The translations under genes and the position numbers were made by a program. The notes below the pieces were generated by a model. The model made no database searches, was not told the DNA's origin, and saw only the letters and a list, made by a program, of their open reading frames with translations. A stretch of 64,000 bases of DNA from Desulfatiglandales bacterium (GTDB lineage Bacteria; Desulfobacterota; DSM-4660; Desulfatiglandales; HGW-15), in assembly GCA_963667015.2 (NCBI GenBank), contig CAXXJJ010000001.1, positions 1,056,001 to 1,120,000 on the forward strand, given 5' to 3'. Positions 60,378-64,000 of the stretch are shown in pieces (position 1 is the stretch's first letter; each line of letters begins with the position of its first letter).

Positions 60378-60503
60378 TAAAAAAACAATTAAAAGACTTA
60401 TCCTGCCCAAATTTATTTTTTTTATGTCACTGCTCCTTTTATAATTATGATTTTTAATGTCCTGTCCGCTTGTGGCTGGTATAAAAGCAATATTATGAAC
60501 CTG
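60378..60503 (-). pseudogene. decayed duplicate of the leader and first ~15 codons of the upstream lipoprotein gene
   Basis: Aligns by eye to 60087-60209; ATG has become ATA, with an A-run expansion. Confidence 0.7.
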
Positions 60504-61143
60504 AGAACATCGTTACCGGGTCTTTGAGACCACAGTCACGCGGTAGCGTGACTTCAAAATCCGGTAACGAATAATATGGTGGCTTCAAATTTTTGTCAAG
60601 TTTTGTATATGTGAAATAGGGCGAATAATGCGCAAAAAGCAAAAATATTGATCAAAATATAATTATTTTTCAAAATAATGTTTTCTATTGGCAGTTTTTA
60701 GGGGTATTTTGTTTGCAGATAAAATTAAATCCTGGTTTTCTTTTCAGCCCTTTTATTATTGAATTTTGAAAAGTATATTTACCCAATAACCTGTATTTGA
60801 AAAATATAATTTGTTATTTTAACTGCCTGTCTTTATGAGGCACAAATTGATTTTTTCATTTATCCGGGATGACAATGATGATTTTTTTAAAAAATTGTTT
60901 TTACAGGTTGTTTTTTTATTAATTTTATAATAAGTATTCACTCGTTATTAGAGGTTTTATTCTTTAAAATGCCTTTTTACATAAGCTCCGGGCATACTTT
61001 TTTATTTCGGAAATAATTTATAGACATAATTTGTTTTTTTTGAAATTATGTTTGTAATTTTAAAATTTAAATATATAATGGATTTTTTAAAAAAAGGTAA
61101 TCATTTAAACTTAAAGGAAATTGGCAGAAATAGGAGAATCAAA

Positions 61144-61905
61144 ATGATCAAACGTATTTTATGGGCAACGGCACTTTTTACGCTGGTTGGGTTTGGCACA
61201 GCCTTTGCGCAGGATAGTCCTGACGCAGTTCATAAGAAGGTGTCAAATGCCATCGAAACAGAATCCAAGGCACAGGAAAAGGCGGATAACTGGAATTGGG
61301 AAAAATCACCTATTTTGGACGATATAAGGGATTTAAAATATCGTGTCACGTGGAAGCAGTACAGGCAGCAGAAGTACAGGAATTATATCAAGGGTGTAGA
61401 AGAGAGTATTGAGCGCCTGAAGTTCAAAAAAGAAGAGATTAACAAACTGCGTGAACAGCTTGAGCCTTATCTGGAAAGTGTAGTAGACAGAATGGAAGCC
61501 TTTGTGAAAAATGATTTGCCATTTCTGCCTGAAGATAGACAAAGACGTATTGACGGCTTAAGAGGTTCTCTTAACAGCTACACTACTGCGTTGAGTGAAA
61601 AGATGCGCAGAGTTTTCGCGTTAGGTCTTCAGGTTGAAGCCGAGTTTGGAAGAATGAAAGAATCTCAGGAAGATGTAACCCTGAATCTCGATGGAATTGA
61701 GACCCAGGTAACATTATTCAGACTGGGCAGGATTGCTAAATACTATATGTCCATTGATGGAAGACAGATAGGTGCATGGAATAAGGATTCCGGAAAATGG
61801 GAAGCCGTATCAAATGATCAGCTTAAAGAATTTAAGCGTGGATTTGATATGGTACTACAGAAAAGAGCAGCAGAAATCGTCGAACTTCCTTTAGGAGCTA
61901 TATAG
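61144..61905 (+). CDS. DUF3450-family periplasmic protein (TtpB-like)
   Basis: Signal peptide; FVKNDLPFLPEDRQRRI, SEKMRRV, E.EFGR, FRLGRIA.YY…W, LPL; start at ATG 61144 after SD AGGAG. Confidence 0.85.
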   Translation: MIKRILWATALFTLVGFGTAFAQDSPDAVHKKVSNAIETESKAQEKADNWNWEKSPILDDIRDLKYRVTWKQYRQQKYRNYIKGVEESIERLKFKKEEINKLREQLEPYLESVVDRMEAFVKNDLPFLPEDRQRRIDGLRGSLNSYTTALSEKMRRVFALGLQVEAEFGRMKESQEDVTLNLDGIETQVTLFRLGRIAKYYMSIDGRQIGAWNKDSGKWEAVSNDQLKEFKRGFDMVLQKRAAEIVELPLGAI

Positions 61906-61907
61906 GT

Positions 61908-63335
61908 ATGTCTAATATAAGTAAAAAAATTATAGTTACGTTATCGGTTCTGGCCTTCCTTATTTTTACAGGGCAGGCTTTTGCTACATCCGAAGGATGG
62001 AAAAAGGTAGCCGAGAATATTGGAAAGGATCAGGACCAGACTCTCGTAGATGTTGCTGAGATGGAAAAATATCTCAAGATGGATAAGACAGCACTCGAGA
62101 AAGAACTTGCCAACCTTAAAGCCCAGGATAAAAAAGAAGGTGATCTTCTTGATAGCCTGACAAACAAATACGAAGCACTCCGTAAGGAGGAGGCTCAGCA
62201 TGAGAAAGATCTTGCGGATGAGCAGAGCGAGATCCAGGCAATTGAAGACAATGTGAGAAATATTGTTAAAGACGCAATAAGCGTAAGCCGCGACAATCCC
62301 ATTACCGCTGAATATCCTGAAAGAAAGGATATACTTCAAGGTATAGCTGACTCCAAACGCTTTCCAGGTATGGACTGGATCAAGACCCTCGTAGAATTCT
62401 ATTTTTCAGAGATGGAAGAGACCGGAAAGATTGTAAGGCGAACCGGCGAATTTGTCGGCCCGGACGGAAGAGCTACAACAGGTGAAATTATCAGAGTCGG
62501 TAGATTTACTTCCTATTTTCGCCTGAACGATGGTACTGTCGGATTCCTCAAACCGGAAGCAGATGGAAGAAGACTGGTTGCCGTAACAGGAGAGGCCCCG
62601 GGCTCAATGCTGAGCGCTATCAAAAAATATTTTGATAAAGAAACCAATATATTACCGGTTGATCTTTCTGATGGAACCTATTTTGTTCAGATGACCAAGA
62701 GTACTACCTTTACTGAGTGGATCGATCAGGGTGGTCCTATAATGTATGCGATCGGTGCAATAGGTCTTCTTGGCATGCTATTTTTCCTTGAACGTATAAT
62801 TGTTCTGGGTACAAAGGCCAAGGCATCAGACAAAGTCATGGCACATATTAAGGATATGGTTGCAAAGTCTAACTTTAGCGAAGCAAAGTCATACTGTTCA
62901 TCAAAGAGCCGCATACCTACATGCCAGATGCTTGACAGTGCACTGGAACATGTCGGGAGTTCTCAGGAAGTAATAGAAAATGCATTACAGGAAGCAGTTT
63001 TGAGGCAGGTTCCAAAACTGGAAAGATTTCTGCCTACACTTGCCCTGTTTGCCGTAATATCTCCCCTGCTTGGCCTTCTTGGTACCGTATCAGGTATGAT
63101 TGATACATTTAAAATAATTACCGAAGTAGGAACCGGAGATCCGGGTATGCTTGCGGGTGGTATTTCAGTAGCCTTGTTGACTACCCAGTTTGGATTGATG
63201 GTCGCCGTTCCAATAATGGTTGTTCATCACTTCCTCAAATCACAGGTAGACAAGATAGTTGTTGATATGCAGGAGAAGGGTACTGCATTTGCCATTACTC
63301 TGATGAAACAGCAACAAAGCGGAACAGCCGAATAA
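61908..63335 (+). CDS. MotA/TolQ/ExbB proton-channel protein with a large periplasmic N-terminus (TtpC-like)
   Basis: IIRVGRFT, LPVDLS, GGPIMY, SPLLGLLGTVSGMIDTF, GTGDPGMLAGGISVALLTT. Confidence 0.9.
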   Translation: MSNISKKIIVTLSVLAFLIFTGQAFATSEGWKKVAENIGKDQDQTLVDVAEMEKYLKMDKTALEKELANLKAQDKKEGDLLDSLTNKYEALRKEEAQHEKDLADEQSEIQAIEDNVRNIVKDAISVSRDNPITAEYPERKDILQGIADSKRFPGMDWIKTLVEFYFSEMEETGKIVRRTGEFVGPDGRATTGEIIRVGRFTSYFRLNDGTVGFLKPEADGRRLVAVTGEAPGSMLSAIKKYFDKETNILPVDLSDGTYFVQMTKSTTFTEWIDQGGPIMYAIGAIGLLGMLFFLERIIVLGTKAKASDKVMAHIKDMVAKSNFSEAKSYCSSKSRIPTCQMLDSALEHVGSSQEVIENALQEAVLRQVPKLERFLPTLALFAVISPLLGLLGTVSGMIDTFKIITEVGTGDPGMLAGGISVALLTTQFGLMVAVPIMVVHHFLKSQVDKIVVDMQEKGTAFAITLMKQQQSGTAE

Positions 63336-63348
63336 GAGGAGGCCTGAA

Positions 63349-63951
63349 GTGTCCTATGATTTAATAGAAGAAGCCTTAAATCAAATCAGGATTGGCGGAT
63401 GGGTCATGTATCCTCTGTTAATAACCTGCCTGTGGATGTGGTACCTGATTATAAAAAAAACCATGGATATGCGTTTTTATACCAGCGGTTGGCGACCAGT
63501 TCATGAATGTATCAAGAATGCCGGTAAAGAAGGGTTCAAATGCGCTCTCTGGCAAGAGAAGTTAATGGAAGGCTATTTAGCTGAAAAAACCGATGATATT
63601 GAGACAAATGAAGAGATAATGGACGGTATCAAAGCCAGTCATGAATTGTTCGTAAAAAAGGATGTCGGTACTATTGCAATGCTTGCAGGTATTGCTCCAT
63701 TGCTAGGGTTGCTGGGTACTGTAAGCGGCATGATTAGAACTTTTTCGGTTATTGCTGAGTTTGGTACAGGGAACGCAAAGGCACTGGCAGGTGGAATTTC
63801 TGAGGCATTATTAACAACACAGACAGGCCTGGTTGTAGCAGTTCCGGGCCTTTTTGTCGCTACTTTTCTTGCACGCCGCGCAAACGGCCTGCTTGAAAGG
63901 ATGCAGCGTTTCTGCCTAAGAGTGACAAGGTCAGACCTGAGCAATAATTGA
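63349..63951 (+). CDS. exbB: ExbB-type proton-channel protein
   Basis: GGWVMYPL, APLLGLLGTVSGMIRTF, AGGISEALLTTQTGL; GTG start after SD GAGGAGG. Confidence 0.88.
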   Translation: MSYDLIEEALNQIRIGGWVMYPLLITCLWMWYLIIKKTMDMRFYTSGWRPVHECIKNAGKEGFKCALWQEKLMEGYLAEKTDDIETNEEIMDGIKASHELFVKKDVGTIAMLAGIAPLLGLLGTVSGMIRTFSVIAEFGTGNAKALAGGISEALLTTQTGLVVAVPGLFVATFLARRANGLLERMQRFCLRVTRSDLSNN

Positions 63952-63974
63952 TATAAAAGAGGAAGGAAGGCCTT

Positions 63975-64000
63975 ATGAAAAAACTATCATTGGGGATGGA
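63975..64000 (+). CDS. start of the next gene, cut by the window edge (ExbD expected from operon order)
   Basis: SD GGAAGGAAGG and ATG 63975 (MKKLSLGM…); identity inferred from position only. Confidence 0.4.

Noticed and set aside
60844..60890. Possible Fur box upstream of the TtpB/TtpC-ExbB operon (aattgattttttcatt, gacaatgatgatt)
   Set aside because: Weak match within extremely AT-rich DNA; not distinguishable from chance by eye.
61194..61208. Perfect sigma54 consensus TGGCAC-N5-TTGC
   Set aside because: It lies inside the signal-peptide coding sequence (F-G-T-A-F-A codons generate it) and is not positioned as a promoter.

Overview
A 64-kb, AT-rich bacterial chromosomal segment. Gene content and style are most consistent with an anaerobic deltaproteobacterium (Desulfobacterota-like); this is an inference. 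The left half (1-29.4 kb) is mainly housekeeping: mtaB, ispG, relA/spoT, rpmB, mpl, a GldA/F/G-like ABC operon, fchA-folD, rsmG, murA, comEC, dodecin, a histone-H1-like protein and tRNA-Arg(ACG). It also carries a RelE-type toxin-antitoxin pair and FHA/GAF/cyclase signalling genes. Downstream of the tRNA lies a patchwork accessory region: a TonB-TPR gene, an IS110 remnant, an orphan sensor kinase, a 1246-aa polytopic membrane patatin, and an activase-less glycyl radical enzyme translationally coupled to a frameshifted fabH. The right third holds a Ser/Thr kinase-cNMP-binding fusion convergent on an atypical class III cyclase-TPR protein. It also holds an outer-membrane uptake or surface locus: a 1140-aa acidic lipoprotein (structured leader, HFS motif, three near-identical 306-bp repeats), a TonB-dependent receptor, and a DUF3450/TtpC-ExbB type energiser operon running off the right edge. 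No CRISPR array, rRNA, integrase or intact transposase was seen. All calls come from motif recognition by eye; no database searches were run.
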